Below, one piece after another: positions 8,688-19,364 of a stretch of DNA of 64,000 nucleotides. Under the pieces are notes generated by a model that saw only the letters and a program-made list of their open reading frames with translations, had not been told where the DNA came from and did no database searches. Source of the stretch: an uncultured Methanoregulaceae archaeon (GTDB lineage: Archaea; Halobacteriota; Methanomicrobia; Methanomicrobiales; Methanospirillaceae). Numbering within the stretch: the stretch's first letter is position 1; each line of letters begins with the position of its first letter. The stretch lies in contig OY969564.1 in NCBI GenBank assembly GCA_963701095.1, forward strand, positions 1,696,001-1,760,000. The letters run 5' to 3'. A program made the position numbers and the translations under genes.

Positions 8688-9767
8688 TCACCTCTCCGCG
8701 CAACCAACGCAGGGATCGATAGAGAGCACAATAACCGGTACGTCCGCAAGCTCGCATCCTTTGAGAAGTGTGATGAGCGGCGGGAGGTTGGTGAATGTTG
8801 GTGTCCTTACCCGGTGCCGTACAAGGTTTCTTTTACCGTTTCCCTTAATGTAGTGGACCACTTCACCCCGGGGCTGTTCTGCACGGGCGAAGTACTCGCC
8901 ATCAGGCGCGCCGGTGACCTTGATTTCCACCGGTCCTTCAGGGATCTTTTTGACGCATTGCTCGATGATATCAATTGATGTAAAGAGTTCCTTTGCCCGA
9001 ACCGCACACCGGGCATAACAATCGCCGTCATGCTCAGCAACCGGTTTGAAATTGATCTTCCCGTACGCCGCATACCCGGTTTCGCGGATATCGATCCCGA
9101 TCCCGCTTCCCCGGGCAGTCGGACCAACGGCCCCAAGCGTATAGGCGTCACCTTTCTGGAGAATTCCGACACCCTTAAGCCTGTGGCTTACCGAATTGTC
9201 TTTCAAAAATACATTCACCAGATCGTGAAGGGCAGGCTCCATACTTTTGAGCCCTTTTACCATTTCATCCATTTTCTCTGGTGAGATATCCCTTCGGACA
9301 CCGCCTACTTTGCAGACCCCCTGGATCACGCGGCCGCCTGTGGTTGCTTCCAGATCATCGAGGATATGTTCCCGGAGTTTCCAGGCGTTCATGAAGACGC
9401 TTTCAAAACCCATACCGTCGGCAAAGAGTCCGAGCCACAGGAGATGTGAATGCAACCTCGAGTATTCCGACCATATTGTCCGGAGATACTGCGCACGCTC
9501 CGGCACTTCGATATTCATGATCTTTTCAATACCTTGTGCATAGGTATTACTGTGGATGTAGCTGCAGATCCCGCAGATACGTTCAGCCACGTAAATATAC
9601 TCAGTATATTCCCGTTTCTCGACAAGTTTTTCAAGACCACGGTGGACGTACCCGATCGAAGGGATCGCGTCCACGACCCTTTCGTCTTCAAGAACAAGGT
9701 CGAGGTGGATTGGTTCCGGCAGTACCGGGTGCTGGGGGCCGAACGGGACGGTTATTTGTTTTGACAT
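8688..9767 (-). CDS. echE: Ech hydrogenase large subunit E (group 4 NiFe)
   Basis: GPQHP, ERICGICS (L1) and DPCVGCAER (L2) motifs. Confidence 0.95.
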   Translation of the reverse strand: MSKQITVPFGPQHPVLPEPIHLDLVLEDERVVDAIPSIGYVHRGLEKLVEKREYTEYIYVAERICGICSYIHSNTYAQGIEKIMNIEVPERAQYLRTIWSEYSRLHSHLLWLGLFADGMGFESVFMNAWKLREHILDDLEATTGGRVIQGVCKVGGVRRDISPEKMDEMVKGLKSMEPALHDLVNVFLKDNSVSHRLKGVGILQKGDAYTLGAVGPTARGSGIGIDIRETGYAAYGKINFKPVAEHDGDCYARCAVRAKELFTSIDIIEQCVKKIPEGPVEIKVTGAPDGEYFARAEQPRGEVVHYIKGNGKRNLVRHRVRTPTFTNLPPLITLLKGCELADVPVIVLSIDPCVGCAER

Positions 9768-10132
9768 GGGATGTCCTCCTTTGTTATGGTAACACTGAAC
9801 GGCTGTTTGATCGTAGTTCGGTAGAACTGACCCCCGAAATCGATATTCATTCCCGAAACGGTGATACCGTACAAATCGTGGATCTCGTTTTCATAGACAA
9901 AAGCTCCAAAATATACGCTGCTCACACTGGGAATAACCGTGTCCTGTTTTGCCGTTATACGCAGGTTTGTCATTACGTAATCCTTGTCAAAGACGTAGTT
10001 TATCTCAAAATCGTCACCAAGTTTCGTGCAGCCGATCTGGACAAGCCGGCAGCCATCCTTTTTCATCTGTGCTGTCCGGGAAACGAGTTCATCAATGCTG
10101 ACGGCGATGGTAGTCTGTTGATCTTTTACCAT
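9752..10132 (-). CDS. echD: Ech hydrogenase subunit D (NuoC-like)
   Basis: YENEIHDLYGI motif; lies between echC and echE. Confidence 0.9.
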   Translation of the reverse strand: MVKDQQTTIAVSIDELVSRTAQMKKDGCRLVQIGCTKLGDDFEINYVFDKDYVMTNLRITAKQDTVIPSVSSVYFGAFVYENEIHDLYGITVSGMNIDFGGQFYRTTIKQPFSVTITKEDIPCQNK

Positions 10133-10133
10133 G

Positions 10134-10616
10134 TTAGGCACCCCCGGCAGGTTCTTTGGGCACTTCCACCGGCTGCTCATAGGGAACACCTGATGTCATA
10201 GCCGTCCGTTTCTCTTCAAGAATGCCCAGTGCTTTTACAATTCCGTCGATGATGGACTCAGGCCGCGCAGCGCATCCGGGCACGTACACATCGACCGGAA
10301 TGGTTGTATCGATTCCCCCGGCAACATTGTAACATTCCCGGAAGATACCCCCGGATGTGGCACAGATGCCGATGGCAACAACGACTTTAGGGTCCGGCAT
10401 CTGGTCGTAGATGTTTTTTATCACGTATTTGTTTTCCTCATTGACGGTTCCCGTCACTACAAAGATATCCGCATGCTTGGGGTTGCCAGTATTGAGGATC
10501 CCGAACCGCTCAACATCATACACTGGAGTGAGGCAGGCGAGGATCTCGATATCGCAGCCGTTGCAGCTCGATGCGTCGTAATGGATGAGCCAGGGTGATT
10601 TCTTCAAGTAAGCCAT
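10134..10616 (-). CDS. echC: Ech hydrogenase small subunit C
   Basis: SCNGCDIE, GICATSGG and VPGCAARP motifs. Confidence 0.95.
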   Translation of the reverse strand: MAYLKKSPWLIHYDASSCNGCDIEILACLTPVYDVERFGILNTGNPKHADIFVVTGTVNEENKYVIKNIYDQMPDPKVVVAIGICATSGGIFRECYNVAGGIDTTIPVDVYVPGCAARPESIIDGIVKALGILEEKRTAMTSGVPYEQPVEVPKEPAGGA

Positions 10617-10621
10617 GGTGT

Positions 10622-11479
10622 TCAGACCCTCCCCAGGAGATATAAGATCGCGATGTTTCCTGCTCCCAGAATAAGGGCAACCGCCCATGAGCTCTTCACC
10701 GCGAGTTGCCATTTTACTCTCGCGTTTGTATTGTCTATTGCTAGTTCGAGCAGGTAGACAATGATGATTGCGATGATTGCAATAAGCCAGTTTACCGCAA
10801 AGAACAAGAAGACAAAGCCGAGTAAAAATACCATTTCGTACCAGTGTGCCACTTCAATAAAACCGAGGTTTGGGCCCGAAAACTCGGTCATCACGCCTTT
10901 GACGATTTCCTGGTGGGCATGATGCGATGTGGAGATATCGAACGGGGATTTGCGCAGCTTGATCGTAAGGATGTAGATAAATCCGAAGAAAACGCCGGGA
11001 AGGAGGATTACAAGGTAGCCCGGGAACCCGGCGATGTCGCTCACGTTGAAGGATCGCGTGACAACATACATCCCGACGGCGGCAAGGAGGAGCATAGGTT
11101 CATAGGCCATGATCTGGATCAGTTCCCGTTCCGCACCTATATGGCTGTACGGCGAGTTTGCCGCATAGGCTCCAAGGACCAAAAATACCTCGGCAAGTGT
11201 AAGTGCAAAAACGACTAGCAGGAGGTTTCCGCCGGCAAAGAAAAGCGCCCCGGCAAAAATAGCAAAGACAAAGTAACTGAGCACATAGAAATGCTGCGTA
11301 TCGTTTACGATAGCGCCCTCCTTCTCGAAGAGTTTTCCGACATCATAGAATGACTGGAAGATCGAAGGACCGACACGGCCCTGCATATGGGCAGTCACCT
11401 TGCGATCGATACCGGCGATCAGGCCACCAATAGCCGGCGCAAGCAGAATAAACACCACTGCCCCGACAAGGGAGATCAT
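10622..11479 (-). CDS. echB: Ech hydrogenase membrane subunit B (NuoH-like)
   Basis: DRKVTAHMQGRVGP and KSPFD..HQEIVKG motifs; multiple TM segments. Confidence 0.93.
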   Translation of the reverse strand: MISLVGAVVFILLAPAIGGLIAGIDRKVTAHMQGRVGPSIFQSFYDVGKLFEKEGAIVNDTQHFYVLSYFVFAIFAGALFFAGGNLLLVVFALTLAEVFLVLGAYAANSPYSHIGAERELIQIMAYEPMLLLAAVGMYVVTRSFNVSDIAGFPGYLVILLPGVFFGFIYILTIKLRKSPFDISTSHHAHQEIVKGVMTEFSGPNLGFIEVAHWYEMVFLLGFVFLFFAVNWLIAIIAIIIVYLLELAIDNTNARVKWQLAVKSSWAVALILGAGNIAILYLLGRV

Positions 11480-13395
11480 GGAAAACCTCCTCCGGTAACC
11501 GCTGCAGCAAACATTGCAACGATAAAGATCGAACAGATACAGATACCGGTTGTACAAAGTCTAGCCTCACCGAACCATGATCCGACATAATAGTTGGAAA
11601 GTTTCATCTCGGTTTTTGCCCCCAGCGAATTCTGGAAATGCATATCGTGCGTAGTCGCCACCCCTCCCATATACGGCGGAAGTTGACGGTGTTTCCGGTG
11701 GGGAAGAAGGATACTCAGCGGCAGGAGGACGATGAGGAACATCATCATAATCATGATGAGGATGTTGTCCTGCGACAACTGGGCTGTGCTCCCGTAATTC
11801 GCGAGCAGGAACGGTTCAATAAGGATGGCTGAAATGACTGGAAATATAAAGCAGGTGATAATTGTAAGGCCGGAAAGGGAAACGAGTGCCACCCATTCGT
11901 TTTTATCGACGAGTCCCTCCACGTTCTCTGCGTCCGGTGTTATTACCAGGAGTTTTCCCATCCATTTCGCCCAGAAAAAGAGGGTCAGGGCACTACCGAA
12001 GATCAATATTACGACAAAGACAAGGCCGAAGGGTGCATCGATAAACGCTTGGATTGCGGCCCACTTGGAGATCAGCATCCCAAACGGTGCAAGGAACATC
12101 CCGGCGATCCCGATAACCATCATCGCCGCGATCCTGGGCAGCCTGACGATAAGTCCGTTCATATCCTCGATCTCCCGGCTTTTAATCCTGTGTTCGACGG
12201 TTCCTACACACAGGAACATGAGCGACTTCGAGATTGCGTGGAAGATGATCAGGAGAATTGCTGCCCAGATAGCTTCATAGGTCCCGATTCCCGCACAAGC
12301 TACAATGAGCCCGAGATTGGCGATTGTAGAATACGCAAGCACCTGTTTTGCGTTTGACTGAGAGATTGCAATCCCGGACGCGACAAGGAAGGTAAATGCA
12401 CCCACCAAAGCGAGGGCATATCCTATGGTTGTACCATGGAACACCGGGGCAAACCGGACAAGGATATAGACACCGGCTTTTACCATAGTACTTGAATGAA
12501 GAAGGGCCGAAACGGGAGTTGGGGCAACCATGGCACCGACAAGCCACGAAGAGAAGGGCATCTGAGCGGCTTTTGTGAGGCCGGCAAATCCGATAAGGGC
12601 CGCCGGAATGAGAACAAGTGCTTTTCCGGAGATGAGTACCTGATCAAGACCAAGCATACCCGTTGGCTGGTACGTCAGGTAGACGATAGCCGCAGCAAAT
12701 GCAATGCCTCCCAGCAGGTTCATCCATAAAGCGGTAAACGCGTTCTTTGTTGCCTCCTCGGTTTTGGTAAATCCGATCAGGAGGAAGGAACAGAGTGTCG
12801 TCACTTCCCAGAAAAAGAAGACCCAGACAAGGCTGTTCGAGAAAACAAGCCCGAACATCGCGGAGATAAACACAAAAATAATGAGAAAAAACATATTGGT
12901 CCGGTCGGGGATCCCGGTATGGTGCTGGTAAAAATGCCGCATATAACCGAGCGAATATACGCAGATCAGGCTCCCGATGATTCCTACGATTAGTGCCATA
13001 ATGATCGAGAACTGGTCGATAAAGAGGGGGGACTTTACAACGACTGCCGGAGTTGCGGCAGTTTCAAACCAGACTATCAGCACGGTCTCGACAAGAGTGA
13101 GCGCTATAACGAGGTAATTGCGGAATTTGACGGCAAAACCAAGGATGATAAGTGTGATTACCATCTCAAGGACAAACATCAGCAGGTTGACCTGCTCGGC
13201 GTTGAAACTGTAATATACAGTTCCCTGGCTGAACTGGGTCAAAAGAAGCAGAACGGTCACTGCCCCGATTGCCAGCGCAGAAAGTTTTACAATCCATCCC
13301 CGCTCATAATCACGGCGCACGGCCAGCATGAAAAACGCCGTTATAAGGGGGAAGAGGATAAGAAAGAGTAACAGTTGCACGCTTATATCCACCAA
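11476..13395 (-). CDS. echA: Ech hydrogenase antiporter-like subunit A
   Basis: NuoL/MrpA-type motifs FWEVTT, KAAQMPFSSWL..AMVAPTPVSALLHSSTMVKAG. Confidence 0.95.
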   Translation of the reverse strand: MVDISVQLLLFLILFPLITAFFMLAVRRDYERGWIVKLSALAIGAVTVLLLLTQFSQGTVYYSFNAEQVNLLMFVLEMVITLIILGFAVKFRNYLVIALTLVETVLIVWFETAATPAVVVKSPLFIDQFSIIMALIVGIIGSLICVYSLGYMRHFYQHHTGIPDRTNMFFLIIFVFISAMFGLVFSNSLVWVFFFWEVTTLCSFLLIGFTKTEEATKNAFTALWMNLLGGIAFAAAIVYLTYQPTGMLGLDQVLISGKALVLIPAALIGFAGLTKAAQMPFSSWLVGAMVAPTPVSALLHSSTMVKAGVYILVRFAPVFHGTTIGYALALVGAFTFLVASGIAISQSNAKQVLAYSTIANLGLIVACAGIGTYEAIWAAILLIIFHAISKSLMFLCVGTVEHRIKSREIEDMNGLIVRLPRIAAMMVIGIAGMFLAPFGMLISKWAAIQAFIDAPFGLVFVVILIFGSALTLFFWAKWMGKLLVITPDAENVEGLVDKNEWVALVSLSGLTIITCFIFPVISAILIEPFLLANYGSTAQLSQDNILIMIMMMFLIVLLPLSILLPHRKHRQLPPYMGGVATTHDMHFQNSLGAKTEMKLSNYYVGSWFGEARLCTTGICICSIFIVAMFAAAVTGGGFP

Positions 13396-13577
13396 CCGGA
13401 ATTATGGTAATCTTTCATTATTAATCGTATTGAATTGGTCACGCTCTTCCCGAAAGCTCAAAAAAACGGTGAAAATTTTTTTCCGAATCTTTTGGATTGT
13501 TTTACCAGCATAACCGATTCGTGAAGATATCATGAAAAGAACACGTTCGCGAGGCTTACCGCCCCCAGAATAATTAT

Positions 13578-13590
13578 GATAAATTTTAAT
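13578..13590 (+). promoter_or_regulatory. BRE/TATA-like promoter upstream of the hppA leader
   Basis: GATAAA-TTTTAAT, placing the predicted start near 13613. Confidence 0.5.
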
Positions 13591-13612
13591 GTAACAAAAA
13601 TGCAGTAATACT

Positions 13613-13798
13613 GTCCTGATGGGGGGTGGCCGGCGTGGCAGGGACTTATCGGGTCCCACAAGACATGGCACCATCCTGAAGGGGTATCAAAACAAACAGG
13701 GCACGGCCGGAGTCGGTGCTCTGTTATTACAAACCTGATGTGTTATGGACTTAATATCAGATCGGCTGTTCTGGAGAAGCAGTGTCCCGTATCAGGAC
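13613..13798 (+). ncRNA. Candidate structured RNA (multi-branch 5' leader of hppA, or an sRNA)
   Basis: Terminal stem GTCCTGAT(13613-20)/ATCAGGAC(13791-98) encloses hairpins at 13641-57, 13695-725, 13735-60 and 13765-83. Confidence 0.5.
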
Positions 13799-13844
13799 CC
13801 CGTCTGAATACCAGAATTCCACAACATATCAGGGAGGTCAGGGA

Positions 13845-15905
13845 ATGTTGGAAATTACCGTTGTCGTTTTAATAAGCGTCATTGCACTGATCGTGGCGGG
13901 CCTTCTCGCACGCATTGTCCTCGCACAAGATGAGGGCACACCTAAGATGAAGGAGGTCGCCGACGCGATCCGGGTGGGTGCAGAAGCATTCATCAAGCGA
14001 CAGTATTCGACCATCGCAATTTTTGCGATAGTACTTGCTGTGGTTATATTCTGCGTGTACTATGTCACCGGTCAGCAGGCGTTTGCCGTTGACACGTCTC
14101 TTGCGTACCTCTTTGGTGCGTTCTGCAGCGCCCTTGCCGGGGTCATAGGTATGTCAGTAGCTGTCAGGTCAAACATCCGCACGGCGGCTGCAGCCCAGGA
14201 GAGCGCAGCAAAAGCCCTTAAAACCTCGTTCCGGGGCGGTGCGATCTCAGGCCTGATTATCGTCGCGATGTCCCTTCTTGGCGTCTCGCTTACGTACTAC
14301 GCCCTTGGCGCAAACCCGCAGGTCACGCCGTTTATTATCATCGGCTTTGGCTTTGGTGCCTCGTTTGTTGCCCTCTTTGCTCAGCTTGGTGGGGGTATCT
14401 ATACAAAAGCTGCTGATGTCGGTGCCGACCTTGTGGGTAAGGTTGAGGCCGGTATTCCTGAAGACGATGTCCGAAACCCCGCTGTTATCGCAGACCTCGT
14501 GGGAGACAATGTCGGGGACTGTGCCGGTCGTGGCGCAGACCTCTTCGAATCCACCGCGGCTGAAAATATCGGTGCGATGATCCTCGGGGTTGCACTTTTC
14601 CCGGTCTTCGGTGAGAATGGCGTGCTCTTCCCCATCGTGATGTGTGCATTCGGCCTTCTGGCAAGTATCATCGGCATTCTCGCAGTAGGTATTCTGACGG
14701 TTGAAGGAAAGGAAGGCGCTGACCCTATGACCCCTATGAACATAGGGTATTACTTTACAGCAATTATCAGCGCGATCCTCCTGTATGTGGCCGTGAACTG
14801 GCTCCTGCAGGGCATAATCTGGTTCTATCTCGCAGGACTCGTCGGCATTGTCCTATCGGTACTGTTCCTCAGGGTGACTCTTTACTACACCGACCACCAC
14901 TACCGGCCCGTGAAAGAGATTGCTGATGCCTCCGAAACAGGAGCGGCAACAAACATCATCACTGGTTTCTCGGTCGCCCTTGAGACCACGGCAATCCCAG
15001 CCATCCTTATCGGTGCAGCCCTCCTCCTCGCCTATCAGTGCGGCACAATGACCGGCATCCAGTACGGTGGGATCTACGGAACTGCGGTTGCAACAATTGG
15101 TATGCTCTCGGTCTGCGCCTACGTACTTGCCATGGACGCGTTCGGCCCCATTGCCGACAACGCTGGTGGAATCGTCGAGATGAGCCAGGCTCCCGAAGAG
15201 GTTAGGAAACGCATGGATGCACTTGACGCAGCCGGTAACACCACAAAAGCCCTGACAAAAGGATACGCAATCGGAAGTGCCGCTCTTGCAGTCTTCCTGC
15301 TCTTTAATGCTTATATGATGGATATCTCCCGTTTGATAGGGAAGGTATTTGATACCGTCAACCTCGCATCAATCCCGGTCTTTGTCGGGGGGCTTCTTGG
15401 CGCGATGCTTATCTTCCTCTTTGCGGGCTTTGCAATCCGGGCCGTCTCCAAGACTGCCCAGTACGTGATTAACGAGGTCCGTATCCAGTTCAAGGATCCG
15501 GGCATCATGGCGGGTACGAAAAAGCCGGATTACGCCCGAGTTATCGATATCACTACGCGCGGGGCACTCTGGAACATGGTTATCCCCGGCATTCTCGCTG
15601 TGGCATTCCCCATCTTCATCGGTGTTACCATGAAGTACGAAGCACTCGGCGGGTTCCTCCTCGTCGGAACCATCACGGGTATCCTGTTCGCCCTTATCCT
15701 CAACAATGGTGGCGGCGCATGGGATAACGCAAAGAAATACATCGAAAGTGGTGCTCATGGGGGCAAGGGAAGCGAGGCCCACAAGGCAGCTGTCATCGGC
15801 GACACTCTTGGCGATCCCTTCAAAGACACAGCGGGTCCCTCTCTCCACGTGCTCATCAAGCTGCTTGCGACGCTCTCGCTTGTGCTTGCACCGTTGTTCA
15901 TCTAA
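13845..15905 (+). CDS. hppA: Membrane-bound pyrophosphatase, K+-independent H+-pumping type
   Basis: GGGIYTKAADVGADLVGKVE, DNVGD and GDPFKDTAGP motifs; GNTTKA has Lys at the K+-dependence position; GGAGGT SD before ATG 13845. Confidence 0.95.
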   Translation: MLEITVVVLISVIALIVAGLLARIVLAQDEGTPKMKEVADAIRVGAEAFIKRQYSTIAIFAIVLAVVIFCVYYVTGQQAFAVDTSLAYLFGAFCSALAGVIGMSVAVRSNIRTAAAAQESAAKALKTSFRGGAISGLIIVAMSLLGVSLTYYALGANPQVTPFIIIGFGFGASFVALFAQLGGGIYTKAADVGADLVGKVEAGIPEDDVRNPAVIADLVGDNVGDCAGRGADLFESTAAENIGAMILGVALFPVFGENGVLFPIVMCAFGLLASIIGILAVGILTVEGKEGADPMTPMNIGYYFTAIISAILLYVAVNWLLQGIIWFYLAGLVGIVLSVLFLRVTLYYTDHHYRPVKEIADASETGAATNIITGFSVALETTAIPAILIGAALLLAYQCGTMTGIQYGGIYGTAVATIGMLSVCAYVLAMDAFGPIADNAGGIVEMSQAPEEVRKRMDALDAAGNTTKALTKGYAIGSAALAVFLLFNAYMMDISRLIGKVFDTVNLASIPVFVGGLLGAMLIFLFAGFAIRAVSKTAQYVINEVRIQFKDPGIMAGTKKPDYARVIDITTRGALWNMVIPGILAVAFPIFIGVTMKYEALGGFLLVGTITGILFALILNNGGGAWDNAKKYIESGAHGGKGSEAHKAAVIGDTLGDPFKDTAGPSLHVLIKLLATLSLVLAPLFI

Positions 15906-15998
15906 AAAATATTTTTTTCACGATTTTTCCTGTTCAGGGAACCATAAAAGGGAGCCCTACATTCCTAATTCGCGTACTTTGGGAAATTTCTGACCAGA

Positions 15999-16409
15999 TT
16001 AGCAGTTGGTATCAACAATCGGGAGGGGGACCTCGCTCTTATTAAAGGAAAGCGCTTCTTCTGCGATGATCCGTATCATGCAGGCGTCGCACGGATCTTG
16101 CCGACCGGTTCCCAGAAAAGCGTAACCAGAAGCAAGCATTTTAAGGGAATTTCGTGAGATTTCACGGAGATCCGCATCCCGATCAACAGCGAGCGGTTTG
16201 AGATGCGCGGTAGCCCCGGGATCTCCAAGAGCCCCCAGCATACCTGCTGCCATTACCCGGACCCATTTATCCTCCGCATTGAGACCACTTACCAAGTATT
16301 CAAAGAGAGGCTTCTGGAATTTTTTTACTGCCACGGCCGGATTTTGAACTACCGTTTCCCCGGACTTTTTTCTTTTACCGTAATTAATTTCGCCTTCCAT
16401 CCGAATCAC
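15999..16409 (-). CDS. Small HEAT-repeat protein
   Basis: EDKWVRVMAAGMLGALGDP..DADLREIS HEAT pattern; C-terminal CDAC. Confidence 0.7.
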   Translation of the reverse strand: MIRMEGEINYGKRKKSGETVVQNPAVAVKKFQKPLFEYLVSGLNAEDKWVRVMAAGMLGALGDPGATAHLKPLAVDRDADLREISRNSLKMLASGYAFLGTGRQDPCDACMIRIIAEEALSFNKSEVPLPIVDTNC

Positions 16410-16545
16410 TCTGTCACTTCAGTGAAAGTGATCTTTGGCGGTAACGGTCTTTTCAATATTTGCAACCTGCATTTGCATGGCATAAGCGCAAAGATGCCAA
16501 AAAAACAAAACTTCTGGCAACAAGGATGGATGAAAAGGGAGGAGA

Positions 16546-18767
16546 TCAGCTGCAACCGGTCCAGCCACAGTGTTTGCAGATACCCTGATTGCAGCCTTCG
16601 CCAAAGTCAAGCGGACTGCGGCATTCGGGACAGAGCCGCTGTTCACCTGTTTTCTTTATATTCCAGTCATTTAATGTCGCTACACTCTGGTTTTTCGCCG
16701 AGAGTTCAATACATCTTCCTACAACATCTGCGCAGGAATGGCCTTCCGAAGAGGGATTTTTTATGGCGGAAATACAGTTCACTTTTGCAAACTGTTTAAC
16801 AAATTTACCGTAGGGCACTCCGTTCTGGAGTCCGGTGCTGATTGCCCGGCCAAGAGCGCTGTTATTTGCATCACAACCGCCACTTCCGACCGTCCGGATA
16901 AAAACTTCCATCGGCGTATGCTCCATCATGTTTACTGTTACGTAAAGACGACAGCATCCAGACTGGCAAAGATAGGTACGACCGGCAAGCTCCCGTGGCC
17001 GGTCGATAGAGAGAGAGGGTATTTTCTCCGGTACTGCCCTTTTTACTGATGCGGTCGTGGCGGGTTCTGTCTCTTGCTGATCAGCCGGGCTTTTATCTTT
17101 CAGGGAAAGTACCACGTCATCCCTGCTCCCCGTCCGGTAGATGGTGATGCCCTTGAGACCTAATTTCCAGGCCATAAGAAGGGCTTCCTCGCAGTCCTCC
17201 TTAGTCGCTGAACAAGGCATATTGATTGTCTTACTGATGGAGGCGTGGACATGTTTCTGGAAACTAACTTGCATGAGGATATGATCGCGCCATGAGATGT
17301 CAAGTGCCGTTTTAAATAGCGAGAGGAACTGCTGGGGCAGCCAGTGAAGGTCCTGAACCGACCCAGTCTCATGGACATGGTTGATGACCTCTTCAGCCTT
17401 CTTCGCCCTCTCGTCACCGGCGTACCCATCCCGGAAAGGGTGTGAATAATAGCTTCCTTAAAGACCGGGTTGACGATTACAAAGGTTTTTCCGACTGTAT
17501 TCTTCCGGGTGTAGGCAAAGGAGAAGATCGGCTCAATACCACTTGAGCACCCAGCCAGAAGCGAGATCGTTCCGGTCGGCGCAACGGTAGTCATCGCGGC
17601 ATTGCGCACGGTAAAATCCTTCCAGCAGCTTCCTTTCCATGCCGGGAACGTCCCTTTTGTCTCGGCGAGCTTATGAGATTCGGCAACTGCTGTTTCTGTC
17701 ACGATTTTCATAACCTGCTCGCACCACGATCTACCTTCAGTTGAATCGTAGGCAAGACCTACCATGAGCATGGCATCGTGGACACCCATGACGCCAAGAC
17801 CAATCTTCCTCGTCCGCCGGGTTGCTTCGCCGATCTGCGAGATCGGAAAAACGTTTTTCTCGATGACGAGATCAAGGAACCGGGTCGCCATCTGAGCAGT
17901 CTCGCGAAGCAGTGGTTCGTTGAGAACTCCATCATTGACGCAAGTAGCGAGGTTGATACTCCCCAGTACACAGCTTTCATAGGGCAGAAGTGGCTGCTCT
18001 CCACAGGGATTCGTGGTGTCGATTTCACCTAGATGGGGTGTTGGGTTATGCCGGTTGATCTCATCATAGAAGAGAATGCCGGGTTCTCCGTTCTTCCAAA
18101 TACCGTTTACAATCCCAGTCCAGATCTGCCCGACGGTGATCTTTTCACCAGATCCCTCGCGGGTGAGCCAGACGGTGTCAAACTGCTTTTTTGAGACAAG
18201 ATCCATAAACTTGTCGTTGACCATGACGGAGATGTTGAAATTTGCGATCTCGCCTTCTTTTTTCTTTGCAGCAATAAAAGCAAGAATATCCGGGTGCCAG
18301 ACATTGAGGATTCCCATGTTTGCCCCCCGGCGGCGACCGCCCTGTTTGATCACATCAGTGGCCGCATTAAAGACCTTCATAAAGGATATGGGGCCTGATG
18401 CGACACCGTCCGTGGACTGCACGGGCGAGCCTTCCGGCCGGATATGCGAGAAATTGTAACCCGTGCCCCCACCAGTCTTGTGGATGATGGCACCCTCTTT
18501 CATCGCGTCAAAAATCCCGCAGATAGTATCCGGGACCGGAAGTGTAAAACATGCAGAGAGCTGACCGATCTCGGTTCCTGCATTCATAAGTGTCGGGGAA
18601 TTGGGCAGAAATCGCAGTGAGATCATTGCCTCATAAAAACGGGCTTTTTCAGATTCATCGTCTGCCAACGCCGAAGCTACGCGGCGGCAGATATCGGTAA
18701 AAGTGTTCTCACCCTTCCGCAGGTAGCGGGCTGAGAGGATGCTGTCGACGACGGATGGTTGGTTCAT
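16546..18767 (-). CDS. nrdJ: Adenosylcobalamin-dependent (class II) ribonucleotide reductase; 1-nt frameshift near 17425
   Basis: PNSPTLMNAG, SACF, TNPCGEQ, APTGTIS and SISKTINM motifs; TSCPD/Zn-ribbon tail. One extra base in the run at 17425-27 joins ORFs 17160-18767 and 16546-17274. Confidence 0.92.
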
Positions 18768-18868
18768 GGCATGACCTGTGCTGGTTTTATCGAGATCTAA
18801 AAAGGACTATTTAACGGATGAAATATTAATCACGAAAAGAGTTATAGGTTGTTGTTGAGGGCCATGGG

Positions 18869-19285
18869 TTAACGGGGGATTATGATCCGGTTGATACCAT
18901 GAATCACGCCGTTGGTGCAGGTAATATCCGGAACGGTCACCATAGCGCCACTAAAAAGAACTGCTCCCCCTTCTTCCGTTATCTCAACAGTGATTCCCAA
19001 GCGGGTTTTAGGGAAATTCAATCTCTTCATTATAGCGCACGGCAGGTTGCCAAAGAGGATGTGGTACTGGAGAACCCGCATCAGCTTTCCCTGTGGATCA
19101 GCCATGAGAGATTCTAATATTTCGTTGGGTACACTCCGGAACGCTTCATCTGTCGGGGCACAGAAGGTAAACGGACCTCTCCCGCCAAGCAGGGTATCAA
19201 AGCCGGCGGCTCGAACGGCCCCGGTCATGATTGAGAACCGGTAGTCAGCCGCAAGCGTCTCAGTAATGGTAACCTGTGGTGACAT
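18869..19285 (-). CDS. Fasciclin (FAS1) domain protein
   Basis: GPFTFCAPTDEAF, LQYHI and NGVIHGIN motifs. Confidence 0.9.
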   Translation of the reverse strand: MSPQVTITETLAADYRFSIMTGAVRAAGFDTLLGGRGPFTFCAPTDEAFRSVPNEILESLMADPQGKLMRVLQYHILFGNLPCAIMKRLNFPKTRLGITVEITEEGGAVLFSGAMVTVPDITCTNGVIHGINRIIIPR

Positions 19286-19364
19286 GTCAGAGGGTTGTCA
19301 ACAAATCAGTACTTCGTTCTCGCGCTCCGGTAAATACTCTTTTTCCTAGTGCCTGAGTTGTTAT

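Noticed and set aside
13402..13674. 90-aa ORF between echA and hppA
   Set aside because: Runs across the promoter region and structured leader; composition is not protein-like.
13613..13798. Assignment of the hppA leader to fluoride, lysine, FMN or cobalamin riboswitch classes
   Set aside because: I could not find their conserved sequence cores by eye; left as an unclassified candidate pending an Rfam search.
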